A DNA stretch of 62,886 nt, the filler included, from Chiloscyllium plagiosum (Eukaryota), in the NCBI RefSeq assembly GCF_004010195.1. It is 3 parts of one record of this genome, joined end to end, with 100 filler letters (N's around TTAATTAATTAA, not from the genome) between each part and the next. Parts side by side here need not be neighbours in the genome. Positions count along the whole stretch, not along the records: positions 28,800 to 45,321 come from NC_057714.1; positions 45,422 to 62,886 come from NC_057714.1; 1 more part is not named here. One strand, given 5' to 3'. The notes beneath the pieces are model-generated. The model had not been told where the DNA came from. It saw only the letters and a list, made by a program, of their open reading frames with translations, and searched no databases. Shown in pieces: positions 40,080 through 52,037 of this stretch (its first letter is position 1; each line of letters begins with the position of its first letter). Position numbers and translations under genes: made by a program.

Positions 40080-40475
40080 GCCACTACTGGGGCTTCCTGG
40101 AATCTGCATCATCTTTAAAGCCCAGCCACCAAGCTAGTCAAGTGCTGCCAGTCAAAACCCTATGTGGTTTGTAGCATTTGCTTAGATATTATTGGACAGA
40201 GGATAATAGGCACCTTGCCCTGCTGACAAGGAATTGACGATCCTGCTGAATGGTTGGTGGAAAGGGGGTATATATGCAGTCACTACCCATGGAATGTCCC
40301 AGTGACTAATGAGGGTCTACAGGAGCTGGAGTTGACAGGGTACCGCTCTGCCTTTCATGTCAGAAGTTGTTATTGTCCTGTTTCTATCCAATGCTGGGAT
40401 AATGGGAGATTACATATCAATGAGGCACGATGATATAATACTGAGAATGTTAAGGTGTGCAAATAGATCTCTTGT
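40080..40475 (+). mobile_element. Decayed Harbinger transposase fragment
   Basis: LPGICIIF, EWLVERGY and ILRMLRCANRS occur in the order of the Harbinger DDE motifs PGSxHD, WLLGDxGY and LKxRFRCLDRS. Confidence 0.5.
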
Positions 40476-40494
40476 CACTTGGCTGATCTCCTTC

Positions 40495-40585
40495 CTGAAG
40501 AAGGGCTCATGCCCGAAACGTCGATTCTCCTGCTCTTTGGATGCTGCCTGACCTGCTGCGCTTTTCCAGCAACACATTTTCAGCT
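40495..40585 (+). mobile_element. Short PLE-derived insertion with intact hammerhead core (40495-40522)
   Basis: CTGAAGA-A-GGGC-TCAT-GCCC-GAAA-CGTC, flanked by CTGATCTCCTTC at 40483-40494 and 40586-40597. Confidence 0.85.
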
Positions 40586-40819
40586 CTGATCTCCTTCAAC
40601 ACCATTTTCCTGTAATATGTTCCCAATATTCAGAAATCTATCAATCTCAGTCACAAAAATACTGAATGACTCAATCTCCATGAATAACAAGGATTCACCC
40701 TCCTTTGAGTGAAGACATTCCTTCAAATCTCAGTTTTAAATGGCCTGCCCCTAATTCTAATAGGTGCAGAAACCCCATCATAGATATTATTTGGAATATT
40801 AATGCTGTGTCTCATTGAG

Positions 40820-41023
40820 GTGCCAGAAAAGCACAGCAGGTCAGGCAGCATCCGAGGAGCAGGAAAATGTTTTGGGCAAAAGCCCTTCTATTCCTGATGA
40901 AGGGCTTGTGCCTGAAACGTCAATTTTCCTGCTCCTCGGATGCTGCCTGACCTGCTGTGCTTTTCCAGCACCACTCTGATCTAAACTCTGGTTTTCAGCA
41001 TCTGCAGTCGTCACTTTTGCCAA
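40820..41023 (+). mobile_element. Short palindromic PLE-derived insertion with 12-bp TSD and hammerhead (40894-40921)
   Basis: TGTCTCATTGAG occurs at 40808-40819 and 41024-41035. Inverted arms meet near 40890. Confidence 0.87.
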
Positions 41024-41189
41024 TGTCTCATTGAGTAGAGTCATCTATGAATTAGAAGCACATTCTCCATTATTTAAAACATGCATATTTAAAATAGCCA
41101 GTTGCTAATATATGGTTAAAAACCTGATAATATTATTCATTTGGTTTAATATCAGTTTCAAAGTTCCAATTATAATGTGTTGTATGCTC

Positions 41190-42740
41190 CAGTGCAGAGA
41201 AATGTCAGAAATAACAACAACAATTCTATGTGGCCTTTATTAATCTGACCAATGCTTTTAACTCAGTCAATCAGAAAATGCTATGGCTCTCCAATGAAAT
41301 TTATAAACACCCTCTGTCTCCTCTACATTAAGATGTCATCAACAGTTCTCTCTGATGTTATTATGACTGAATCCTTTCAAGTTAAGACAGGTTCAAGCAG
41401 AGATGTGGCACTGCCCCCACCCCTTTCTCCATCTTCATCACCACCATTCTTCATCTTGTCAAGAATAAGCTTCCCAGTGGGGTGGACATTGTCTACAGGA
41501 TGGACAGAAAACAGCACCGATCCCACTTGTCAAACTTTGGTATGCAGATGACATTGTCAAGATTAGAGTCAGCTTGAAAAGCACAGCAGGTCAGGCAGCA
41601 TCCGAGGAGCAGGAAAATCGACATTTCGGGCAAAAGCCCTTCATCAGGAATAATGAAGGGCTTATTCCATGAAGGGCTTTTGCCTGAAACATCAATTTTC
41701 CTGCTCCTCAGATGCTGTCTGACCTGCTGTGCTTTTCCAGCACCACTCTAACCTCGACTCTTATCTCCAGCATCTGCAGTACCGACCTCCGCCAAGATAA
41801 CGATGTCATCTCTTCTCTCTCAGTAGAGAATCTTTAAACCTCATTAATGCCTCAGTCTCAACATCCAGAAAATGCAAATCCTTTATCAAAGTGTCCCAGG
41901 TCAAATTCCAGTCCAATCCTTCATTAAAATCAATGGAGAAATCCTCGCAAAAATGGGTAATTTTCCCTTACCTGGAGAACTACCTCTTATCTAAGGTTGA
42001 CATTGATGTAGAGATTCAACATTACATCCAATCTGGGAACTACAGCATTCAGAAGCCTAAGGATGAGAATCTTCAATGTATCTCTGAACTAACACTAAGA
42101 TTCTTATGTATAACGCAGTCTTTCTTCTGACTCTTCTCTATGGTTGTAAAATGTGGACGATGTATCGATGCAACCTTGAAAAGTACTATCAATACTGTTT
42201 GGGGTGGATTTACCACATCAGCTGGGAGGACAGCTGAACAAATGTCAGTGTCCTTGAAGCAGCTAACAGTACCAGTGCCGAGGCCATGACCATCTGAAAC
42301 CAATTCCACTGGACTGGCCACATGCTTAGGATGTCTGAGTTCCAGCTGCCAAAGCAAATCAATGCCCAGTTCAAGGAAACTACTCAAATGAGAGATGGAC
42401 AAAGGAAGCATTTCAAAGAATCCCTCAAAGCTTCCCTCAAGAAATGCAAAATAGATGTTAATGCTTTGGAGACCCTTTTCAGAAGAAACTAACTTGAGGA
42501 AACTCCTGCATGAAGGGTCACAGTTTTAAAGGAACCCCCATCAGCAAAAACATAAGTATGGAAAAGGAATCAGAGAAAGAAATGCCAACAATCTCCAGGT
42601 CAAAACACTTGTCAAGTGTGTGGTTGAAGATGTGGCTCTTGGTTCAGGTTCATCAGTCATGTAAGGACCCACAGAATCTGTGACCAGTGACATGGAATTT
42701 GCTGAATGGACAATCATATTGATTAAGGAATGCTGATAAT
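41190..42740 (+). mobile_element. Decayed RTE-clade LINE
   Basis: TATGCAGATGAC (YADD) at 41541-41552, then FPYLENYLLSKVDIDVEIQHYIQ and a WTGH-RM...LPKQ remnant. Confidence 0.7.
41556..41793 (+). mobile_element. Palindromic PLE-derived insertion immediately after the RTE YADD motif
   Basis: Inverted arms surround about 41650-41670. Minus-strand core CTGATGAAGGGCTTTTGCCCGAAATGTC at 41620-41647. Confidence 0.82.
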
Positions 42741-43209
42741 CGAATTGTCTGTTTATTTTGGACAGAATCAGCTGTATTTGCCCATCAGTGTTGTTGTGTG
42801 AATTTGAGCCGTTTTATTGTTTCTCCAGTTTCATCATGACCAGGGCTAAGGTGTTATTGTCAGTACAGACCTCTAGATCCTTTGGTTAAACCTAGGCTAA
42901 AATCTGGGGTCATGTTCTCACAAGAGAGAGAGAGAGAGATGCTACTGCTGCACAAAATGTCATTCAGCAGAAAACAGAGTTTTGGGAACTAGGATTCCTG
43001 AGTCAGTAAGAATTCTGAGGCATGCATGAAGGAATACATGAAAAATTTAATGACTGCTGTTCTAGTTTTGATCTCATTAAGGAGAAGTATCAAAGCTGCT
43101 TATCGTGGCATCTCTCCAGGATCTCTGTAGTTCTCTGAAGCAGGAAAAGAAACCTAACGTGATTTCAAACAATGTAAATCCACAACAAAATGAGGAGAGC
43201 ACCAAGTCA

Positions 43210-43805
43210 GAAGTATTATAATCCTGATGAACATTTCTGGCCCTGGTCAAACCACATTTAGAGTATTGCATAGAATTTTGGTCCTCTTTCTTGAGGAGGG
43301 ATATAGTTGTATTGGAGACAGTTCAGAGGAGGTTCACTAGATTGATTCCAGAGACAAGGGGTTTGCCTTCTGAAGAGAGATTGGGTAGTTTAAGCCCCTC
43401 CTGTCTGGGGATTAGAGAATGAGAGGAGATCCAATTGAGTTATATTAAATGTCAAAGGGGTTTGGCAAAGTAGATGCAGAAAAGATGTTTCCTCAGAAGA
43501 GCAATCTAGAATGAGAGGTCATAAGTTTAGGATAAGGGCAAGTAGATTTAAAACAGAGATGATGAGAAATTACTTCTCTCCAAGGGTCATGAATCTATGG
43601 AATTCATTACTCTAGAGTACAATGAATGCTGGGAGATTTAAGGAGATAGACAGATTCTTAATTAGTAATGAGTTGAAGGATTATGGAGAGTGGGCAGAAA
43701 AGTGAGGTTGAAGCATAGGTGAGATCAGCCATGATTGTATCCAATGGCAGAGCAGGTTCAAGGGCCTGAATTGCCTACTCTTGCTCCTGGCTCTTATGTT
43801 CTTCT
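43210..43805 (+). mobile_element. Decayed CR1 3' region
   Basis: ALVKPHLEYC, VQRRFTRLIP and YFSPRVMNLWNSL motifs plus tail. Confidence 0.8.
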
Positions 43806-45034
43806 GTAAAGAATGTTGTACTATCTGCAGAAAGCGAACCTGAAAACATGATTTGAGCCTTTACTGCATTGCCTGTGACAGTGAAGACTACTGCAACATT
43901 CAATTTCTGTGATACTAAAGAATCTCAGGGAGCCACCGAGTTATATCTTATATAAGTCACTTGGCAGCGCTTAATACAGCAAATGGATCAGGAATCCTTT
44001 GTCTTGGGAAATTAATATGTGTTTTTCAAGGAAATCAGACAGGAACGGGCATATACACTTAGCTTCAACTCACTTATTTGCTTATCCAAGGTACAGGATA
44101 CTACAAATGCCTGGCTCCTCTTAAAAAAGAAGTCCTCTTATTTGAATTAAAAGCACACTAATCCACGAGTATGCAGCTTTTGTGTCGTAAAAGTTAAAAT
44201 GTCAGTAAGTAGTTGCAAATAGCTGGTAGCTCATGCAACTCCCTCACCTCCAGACAGCTCATTATTCCACCTTGTACACAGAAGGTCAAGAATTGAAGGT
44301 TAGGTTGAAGGAACTGTTTTTCCATTCTGTTGTTATAGTTTTGCAGTGCTATTGCAAGCTCTATCTCTTGATGCAGTGCGATGATGTAATGAATCTCTTC
44401 TTTCCAATAGAATGATTAAGGTGGAAACCATTGGAGTTGTGAAGCATAGGTTCTGATCCCTGGATTATTATTAAGGTATCTCTGGGGAAATATCTAAATG
44501 CAACGTATTCACTTCACTACCTTGCCATTGATTGGGGCACCTGTTTGGTTGGTCAAGAAAGAAGTGGGATGTGGAGGCATAGAATTTCAGAGGAGTGGAA
44601 GTGAAAGCAGCAGGAAAACCATGAAGCAATCTGGCTGATACTTAAAGCAGAACATTCATCCTGGAAACATTCCCATTATGGTATCCAGGATGATTTCTCG
44701 GTTCAAGCTTTTCTTCTGATCTTCCTTTGCAATAATATCACCCAAGAAGAAATGACACTGAATCTATCCATATTATTTCTTATTTGCATGAAGGTACAAA
44801 TCCCTGCCACAGCAAAAGGAATTTCAATTTTCACATTCTGCAGCCAGCACATTTATTGCATGGTCATTTATCATGTTTGTGAACCCAATTCTTTCCACTT
44901 ATAATGCTTCCTATGCCAACAGTGACTGCTTTTTCTGCACAGTAAACTTATTTGGAGGTTTACCAGAGGCAACAGCAGAGTAGTAAGATGGGAACTAAGT
45001 ATTGAAGTAGGGCACAATTTCTCACATCCAATGT

Positions 45035-45321
45035 CAGAAAGGCAAGGTCACAGTGATCATGGGAGACTACAATATGCAGGTAGACTGGGTAAATAATGTT
45101 GCCAGTGGATCCAAAGAAAGGGAATTCATGGAATGCTTACAGGATGGCTTTTTAGAACAGCTTGTCATGGAGCCCACAAGGGAGCAGGCTATTCTGGACC
45201 TAGTGCTATGTAATGAACCAGACTTTATAAAAAATCTTAAAGTAAGGGAACACTTAGGAAGCAGTGATCATAATATGGTAGAGTTCAGTCTGCAGTTTGA
45301 AAGAGAGAAGGCAAAATCGAA
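45035..45321 (+). mobile_element. CR1 ORF2 AP-endonuclease fragment running into the linker gap
   Basis: IMGDYN, FLEQLVMEPTREQAILDLVL and HLGSSDHNMVEF. Confidence 0.9.
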
Positions 45322-45421
45322 NNNNNNNNNNNNNNNNNNNNNNNNNNNNNNNNNNNNNNNNNNNNTTAATTAATTAANNNNNNNNNNNNNNNNNNNNNNN
45401 NNNNNNNNNNNNNNNNNNNNN
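45322..45421. other. Artificial scaffolding linker N44-TTAATTAATTAA-N44
   Basis: Identical to 28700-28799. Confidence 0.93.
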
Positions 45422-46792
45422 CATGCATTAATTTGCTCTATCCTCCTATTCCTGCCCTCACTAGTTCGTAGCACTGGGAGTAATCCAGATATTACTACCC
45501 TTGAGGACCTCCTTTTTAAAATTCTACCTAACTCTCTGTAATCTCCCTTCAGAGTCTCAATCTTTTCCCTTCCAATGTCGTTGGTTCCAATGTGGACAAT
45601 GACCTCCTGCTGGCCCCTCTCCCCCGTGAGAACATTCTGCACCCTCTCTGAGACATCCTTGATTCTGGCACCAGGGAAACAACACACCATTCTGCTTTTT
45701 CTCTGCTGGCCACAGAAATGTCTGTCTGTACCTCTGGCTACAGAATTCCCTAACACACTTGATCTCTTGGAAGCCAACGTATCCCTCGTTGCATTAGAGC
45801 CAGTCTCAATAGCAGAAACCTGGCTGTTTGTGCTACGTTCCCCTGAGAATCCATCACCCCCTACATTTTCCAAAACAGCATATCTGTTTGAAATGGGTAT
45901 ATCCACAAAAGACTTCTGCTCGAGCTGCCTACCTCTCTTACCCTTCCTGGAGTTAACCCATCTATGTGACTGTATCTGAGACTTTCCCCCCTTTCTATAA
46001 CTGCCATCCATCACATACTGTAGCTGTTGCAAATTCCTCATCGCTTCTATATGTCTCTCCAACCAATCCATTCGATCTGATAAGATTCGCATCCAACAGC
46101 ATTTATGGCAGATATAATCCGCAGTAGCCCTTAAACTCTCTTTAACTCCCACATCTGACAAGAAGTACATATCATTGCAAAGGCCATTTTTGCTCCTTCA
46201 CAATCTACAGACCCAAAAAATAACACCGTCTTATTCCTCTACAAACACTGCCCAGGTTAAATTAATAGCTATGGCTTATATTTTAAGTTTAATCAAGAGA
46301 CTTATCTCCAAAAACATATAAGCAAGAAAGAATCCACTGTACCCGCTACTGCAGCCTTTCTATTGTACAGACTTAAAACAACAATTAACTTATCTGATTC
46401 TGTGCTGTGAACTTCGCACAACAGTTCCTCCAAGATTAGTGTGAATTTCACTGTTTGTTAATTTTCCCAGATGCACTCCAATGTCCAGCGATACACGGAT
46501 TCAAACAGCAAAGACGGTAATTGTGCAGGTTTTATCTATCTCTCTCTCTCTCTCTCTCTCTCCTGCACTGTCCTCACCATGTGCTTCCTTTGTCTGCCCT
46601 TCTCCCTTTTAAATTGCTGTTGTTTTGACTTTTTTTTTCCAAAGTTCCAAAACAATGCAACAGCATATAAAACAGTAATTGCTGCTCCTGGAATTCGAGG
46701 AAATCACCTCCAACACCTAAAATACCTCAAAAAAAGGAGCAGCTCTTACAGCCAGAAATTTTTCCTGTCCTCCATCTTGGATTACCCAGAAT
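45422..46792 (-). mobile_element. CR1 LINE 5' part: 5' UTR and ORF1 (zinc finger, SGNH esterase)
   Basis: DYICHKC, IPISNRYAVLE, VCCFPGARIKDVSERV, VIVHIGTNDIG and VVISGLLPV. 5' end near GGGTAATCCAAGATGG. Confidence 0.9.
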
Positions 46793-46919
46793 GTGTTTGG
46801 AGCAGGGTGTTAGGTTCTCCATTTTGTTACTTTTGACATCTAACCTTGGAGATTTTAAAATAAGTCATTCTCAGAATTTTGACATCACTGCCAAGAATTG
46901 AATTTGTCACCCATTCTTA

Positions 46920-48150
46920 GGTTTTCGAAGATGTGACCAAGGGTAGATGAGGACACTGCATTTGATGTAGTCTACTTGGATCACAGTAAAGCTTATGATA
47001 ATGTCCCATATAGGAGACTGGCAGCAAAGAAAAGAGCAGATGGGATCGAAGGAAAATATTTAATTAGATCCAGAATTGGTAGAGTGTAATGGGCGAGATT
47101 TGTTGTGACTGGGACTTGAAATCTGTAGGACCCTGCTGTTTGTGCTATATGTAGATAATTTAGACTTGAGTGTAGGAGGGTTGATCAGTAAGTCGGGGAA
47201 CATATGAAAATTAGTACAGCGGTAAATAGTGAGGAGGGTAGCCTTAGATTATGGGAGAATATAGATGGCTGGTCAGATGGGTTGATGAGTTGCAAATGGA
47301 AGTCAATCCCAATAGAGTCAAGAAGATGCACTTGGGCAGACCAAACAAGGCAAGGGAATACATAATGAATGATTGGACCCTGAGAAACGTTGAGGATCAG
47401 AGGGACCTTGGTGTGCATGTCCACAGTTCCCTTAAGGGGATGGACAGATAAATTGGTTATCTTAGCATATGGGATAATTGCCATTATTAGCTGAGGGATA
47501 GAGTTGAAGAATAGTGAAGTTATGCTGGGAATATATAAAACATTGGTTACGCCACAGCTAGAGTATTGTGTGTAGCTCTGAAATCCGCGTTATGCATAGG
47601 ATGTGATTGCACCAAAGGGGGTACGGAGGTTTTGTCTAGGCTGGAGAGTTTTAGTTATGTTGGAAAGGCTGAGGTTGTATTCCTTGGAACAGAGGGAAAT
47701 TGAGTGGGGACATGTTTGAGCTATATAAATTTATGAAGTGCATTGATGGTGTAGATGGAAAGGGACTTTGTCCTTGGTGAAGGGATCAATAATTGGGGCC
47801 ATAGATTTAAGGTAAAGGGCTGGGGGTTTTGGAGAGAATGTCAGGAAAATCTACCTTTTTTTGTTCAGAGGGTGATGGGAAGCTGGAACATGCTGCCTGT
47901 AGGGGCGGAGTATCTTAAATGTACATTGGGACCTTGATCAGATGAGCCAATGGACCAAGCAGTGGGTGATGGAGTTCAGTTTAGATAAATGTGAGGTGTT
48001 GCATTTTGGTGAGGCAAATCAGGGCAGGACTTGCACAGTTAATGGTAGAGCTCTGGGGAGTGTTGCCGAACAAAGACACCTAGTGGTACAGGTCCATAAT
48101 TCCCTTAAAGTGGAGTCACAGGTAGACAGCGCGGCAAAGAAGGTGTTAGG
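46920..48150 (+). mobile_element. Decayed CR1 ORF2 fragments (two copies)
   Basis: VEDQRDLGVHVHSSLK and MEFSLDKCEVLHFG. Confidence 0.8.
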
Positions 48151-49829
48151 TATAAAATTAATTCAGCTAAAATTTACTCATTGCTGTTTAACTTAGGATG
48201 ACATGGTTTTTGGAGGTATTGAGCGCAAAATGGCTACAACTCTATCCCCCTTTATTACAGGAGTAATGTTCAATAAAATAAGAATAGTTTTAAATAAAGT
48301 ACTTAATAAAAATGAACAAAATCAAAATAGTACATAACTATAAAGAATGTAGATTTTTAAACTGATTTGGCAATTCTTCCTGTACCATCAAATCAGTAAA
48401 AGCCTAAACCTAACTTTTGAAATAATGTATTGTATTGTTTCCCACTAATATTAGGTACTAAAATAACTAATGTACTATATGCAGTTTCCATAGAAAAAGT
48501 TAATTAAACTTAGGAGAATAAATGTTCCTCCTTTGTCTTATGTCTGAAAAGAATTGCTGAAATACATATTTACATTAACCAGGTAATATGAAGAATCTGT
48601 AACTTTATTTTTATATATAAATGTGTTGACATTTATTACAATCTTGAAAATCTTAGGAAGAGTTAGTTGACTTTTCCAAATCTGCAGTTTAAATACTCCA
48701 TGATATTAAAGCATTTGTACGCTTGCCAAATGCATGAATAGGTTGCAGGACCAAAGGAGAGGGCATCCCTGATATTTTTGTGTGTTCTGTTTGCTTTGTT
48801 ACTGTGGTGTTTCAGCTGTCAGTTCAAATTTTGGCCTGTCGGGTTGTGAGGACAACATCTCATTAAAGAAATTGCTTGAAGTAATTTTGTGTTAGAGTTT
48901 TGATAAACTGAGATTCTGAGACAGAGCAAAGCCTATCCTTTGGATGTACTGCTTTCCTCACACCATTTCTATACCACAGGCACATCTTGTTGATTGTTAT
49001 TTTCCAGAGCTGGAGGTGAAGTTGACAAAAAAACGTGCGTCCTTCAGTTTTGCTGAACTATATCTGTCCCTTCGTTGCAGTTAGTATAGTGCAGAAAGCT
49101 TAAGTGACTCCTGTGATTTGCCTCCCACACATGTGGCACTACCTCCAATCCTTTTTGACAAAATAATTTCTGGTTAGTTTTTTTTGTGGCTGATTGAGTG
49201 CTGCAATCCACTTAGAAGAAAAATCTAGACTCCTGCATTGTGCACAACTTTTCAATATTGCTCATAGTTATTCTAACATTGAACATTTTGGTAGGGAATG
49301 GAGGAATACGGACCACATAGAAGCAAAAGATTTTATGTTTAGAAAAGTCTTGTGTCGGTGAAGGCTTGGTGAGCTGAAGGGCCTGTTCCTTTGTTTTAGG
49401 TCTGCATATATATACATATATATATATCTTTGTAAATATATTCAATTATTAGATTAATTAATTGGTCTTTTGTAAGTTTAATTGCTTTTATTCCAATCAT
49501 AATTTTACTTGCAATAATTAAAATATCCAATATAAAAATATCATGCAGAGTGTAATTTGGTATTGTTTCTGTATTGCATCCAAATATTCATCCTGGTATC
49601 TGTGATATAGTCCTAAGCTTCTGATCGTGTAGTGAAATAGGTTGAACTGGCTTTGTATTTTTGCCTTTTATTACTGTTGCTGTTAATTTATTGGCAGTAA
49701 AACAAGTTAATTGTGTTATGTTACCATTAACTTGATTAATAAGCAGCTAAATAGTTGCAGCGGCTCATTTATTTTCAGTAATTGAAAGCTCTATTGACTA
49801 TGGAAACTGATCTTTAAATGGAAAGATCC

Positions 49830-50329
49830 NNNNNNNNNNNNNNNNNNNNNNNNNNNNNNNNNNNNNNNNNNNNNNNNNNNNNNNNNNNNNNNNNNNNNNN
49901 NNNNNNNNNNNNNNNNNNNNNNNNNNNNNNNNNNNNNNNNNNNNNNNNNNNNNNNNNNNNNNNNNNNNNNNNNNNNNNNNNNNNNNNNNNNNNNNNNNNN
50001 NNNNNNNNNNNNNNNNNNNNNNNNNNNNNNNNNNNNNNNNNNNNNNNNNNNNNNNNNNNNNNNNNNNNNNNNNNNNNNNNNNNNNNNNNNNNNNNNNNNN
50101 NNNNNNNNNNNNNNNNNNNNNNNNNNNNNNNNNNNNNNNNNNNNNNNNNNNNNNNNNNNNNNNNNNNNNNNNNNNNNNNNNNNNNNNNNNNNNNNNNNNN
50201 NNNNNNNNNNNNNNNNNNNNNNNNNNNNNNNNNNNNNNNNNNNNNNNNNNNNNNNNNNNNNNNNNNNNNNNNNNNNNNNNNNNNNNNNNNNNNNNNNNNN
50301 NNNNNNNNNNNNNNNNNNNNNNNNNNNNN
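49830..50329. other. 500-N assembly gap with G-rich right flank
   Basis: Read directly. Confidence 0.97.
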
Positions 50330-50859
50330 CTCTGGGGGGGGGGGAGCGGGAGTGTGAGGATAAGGGGATACTGGCACTAGCAGATGTTAAACCTCATAAA
50401 CAGAGGTGTTGTTGTGTCATTGTGCATATCAGGTAATGAGGAGATATAGTATTGTGACTGAGGCATAAGTATTTACAAGTTTCCAGTCAGTACATGACAA
50501 GAATCAACCTAATAAACCAGTGTTCATTGTAATACATCATTGTAATGACGATGATCGAGTGCGATCAGAATAAAGCAAATTAATAGCAAAAATATTGTCA
50601 CTGAAAATCTGGAACAAAAATCAGAAAACACAGGGAACACAGCAGCTTGGTCAGCATCTTTGGAGAGAACAAACCATTAGTTTTTCAGGTGTAGATCATC
50701 TGTCATAATTCCAAGGTATTTCAGATGAACCATGTCTAAAAAACAAAAAAAAGGGAAAGAGAGGAAGTGGAATGGACAAAACACTAGTGAATGTGCACAC
50801 ATGCTTTGGAAATTCTGATGAACAGTGTCAATTCTCATTTCAGATGACATAGTTTCTTC

Positions 50860-52030
50860 TTTGGTATTCCCTTGGGATCAATTCCCTTGCATCCACTCTT
50901 GTTTGAGGAATTCTGTGCAGGCTAGTAAGTTCAATATTTGCAGATTGAACCTTCTCTAGTTTGGTCAAACTACAGGCATGGACTCATGCATTGGTAGGAA
51001 TTTTGCCACTTCCATGGAGGCTTTGAGGACATAATTAAGGCATTTACACTGTCCACCTGAAAATATCTTCGCTGGATTCCATGTTGTTATGAATAAGAAC
51101 AAATCCCCTCAAAACATTTTAAGGTAGTCTCAACCCTAACTTTTTCTTATTTTGAAGGAAATTATAAAGTATCTCAGATGCAATTCGACTGGTCAAACTG
51201 CATGATGTTAGACAAAACACAATTTACTTAAACATTGTAGTTAAAATACAACCAAAGAAAGAGGAATTTAGAATAAATTAACTCTTTGAAAACTTAACAA
51301 AATAATAGATACAGTAACTATTACTAATTACCATTCCAACGTGGTAACATCCCATATACACACCCTTTGGCAAAAAAAAAGGAAAATTCAGATGCAGATT
51401 CTGACATGCAGTTCTCCAATCTAGGAGGAAAATGACATCAAGAGAAAATTTAGGGAGAGTAGCAGCCAAGATACATTCACTGAAGCTTCTAAATCTTTTG
51501 AGACCCTAATAGCTCCGGCTTAAAGCTAAACCTAAAAGCTTTTTAAAAACATCTAGAAAGCTTGGTCTGTGAGAGCTGGCCACACCCAGGCTGCTTCTGT
51601 TGTTTCAAATTTCAAAAAAGTACCAAGGCCTCAAGTTTTACTTTCTTAGAGACAGCTCTACACCTCTGCCTTATAACCTGTCTTCAATAACAAAAACAGG
51701 ATAAAATAACCTCTTAAAATGACAGCATCGTCACAATGTGGTATCAAGTATAAAAATAATTTATCTGCCAGGAGGATCCACTTTCGTAATTTGTGCCTCA
51801 GTGCAGGTATGTTGACTTTGGATCAGATGCTGCTGTTAAACTACCTTTCTTACCACTGAATCTTGTAAGGACACAGCTAGTGATAATTCTCCAATGCATT
51901 GGGGTGCTTGTTGTAGGTTATTAAAACCTCTAAAGCACACAGGAGTGTATGATCAGTGCTGCTGAATGTACCTGAGTCTCAGTATTTGAGATCCAGGCCC
52001 TCAATTACTCTCCTCCTTCGTTAGAATCAG
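50860..52030 (-). mobile_element. Decayed RTE-clade LINE split by a solo LTR
   Basis: Minus-strand remnants GGQCK...VLKALHG and KVNIPALRH resemble 42250-42450. Confidence 0.5.
51085..51735. mobile_element. Solo LTR, 651 bp, with 4-bp TSD
   Basis: Starts TGTTATGA and ends TCGTCACA (TG...CA, imperfect terminal inverted repeat). ATGT occurs at 51081-51084 and 51736-51739. Confidence 0.8.
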
Positions 52031-52037
52031 AGTTATG

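Noticed and set aside
24599..41793. CRISPR-like array from the recurring GGATGCTGCCTGACCTGCTG motif
   Set aside because: The copies are dispersed, in both orientations, and TSD-bounded in a eukaryotic genome, with no regular spacers.
43081..43220. Possible plus-strand terminal exon (RSIKAAYRGISPGSL or EVSKLLIVASLQDL...) as the TMEM245 end
   Set aside because: Only faint similarity, and the conserved penultimate TMEM245 exon (GGHPYLTGLA) and miR-32 were not found in the window.
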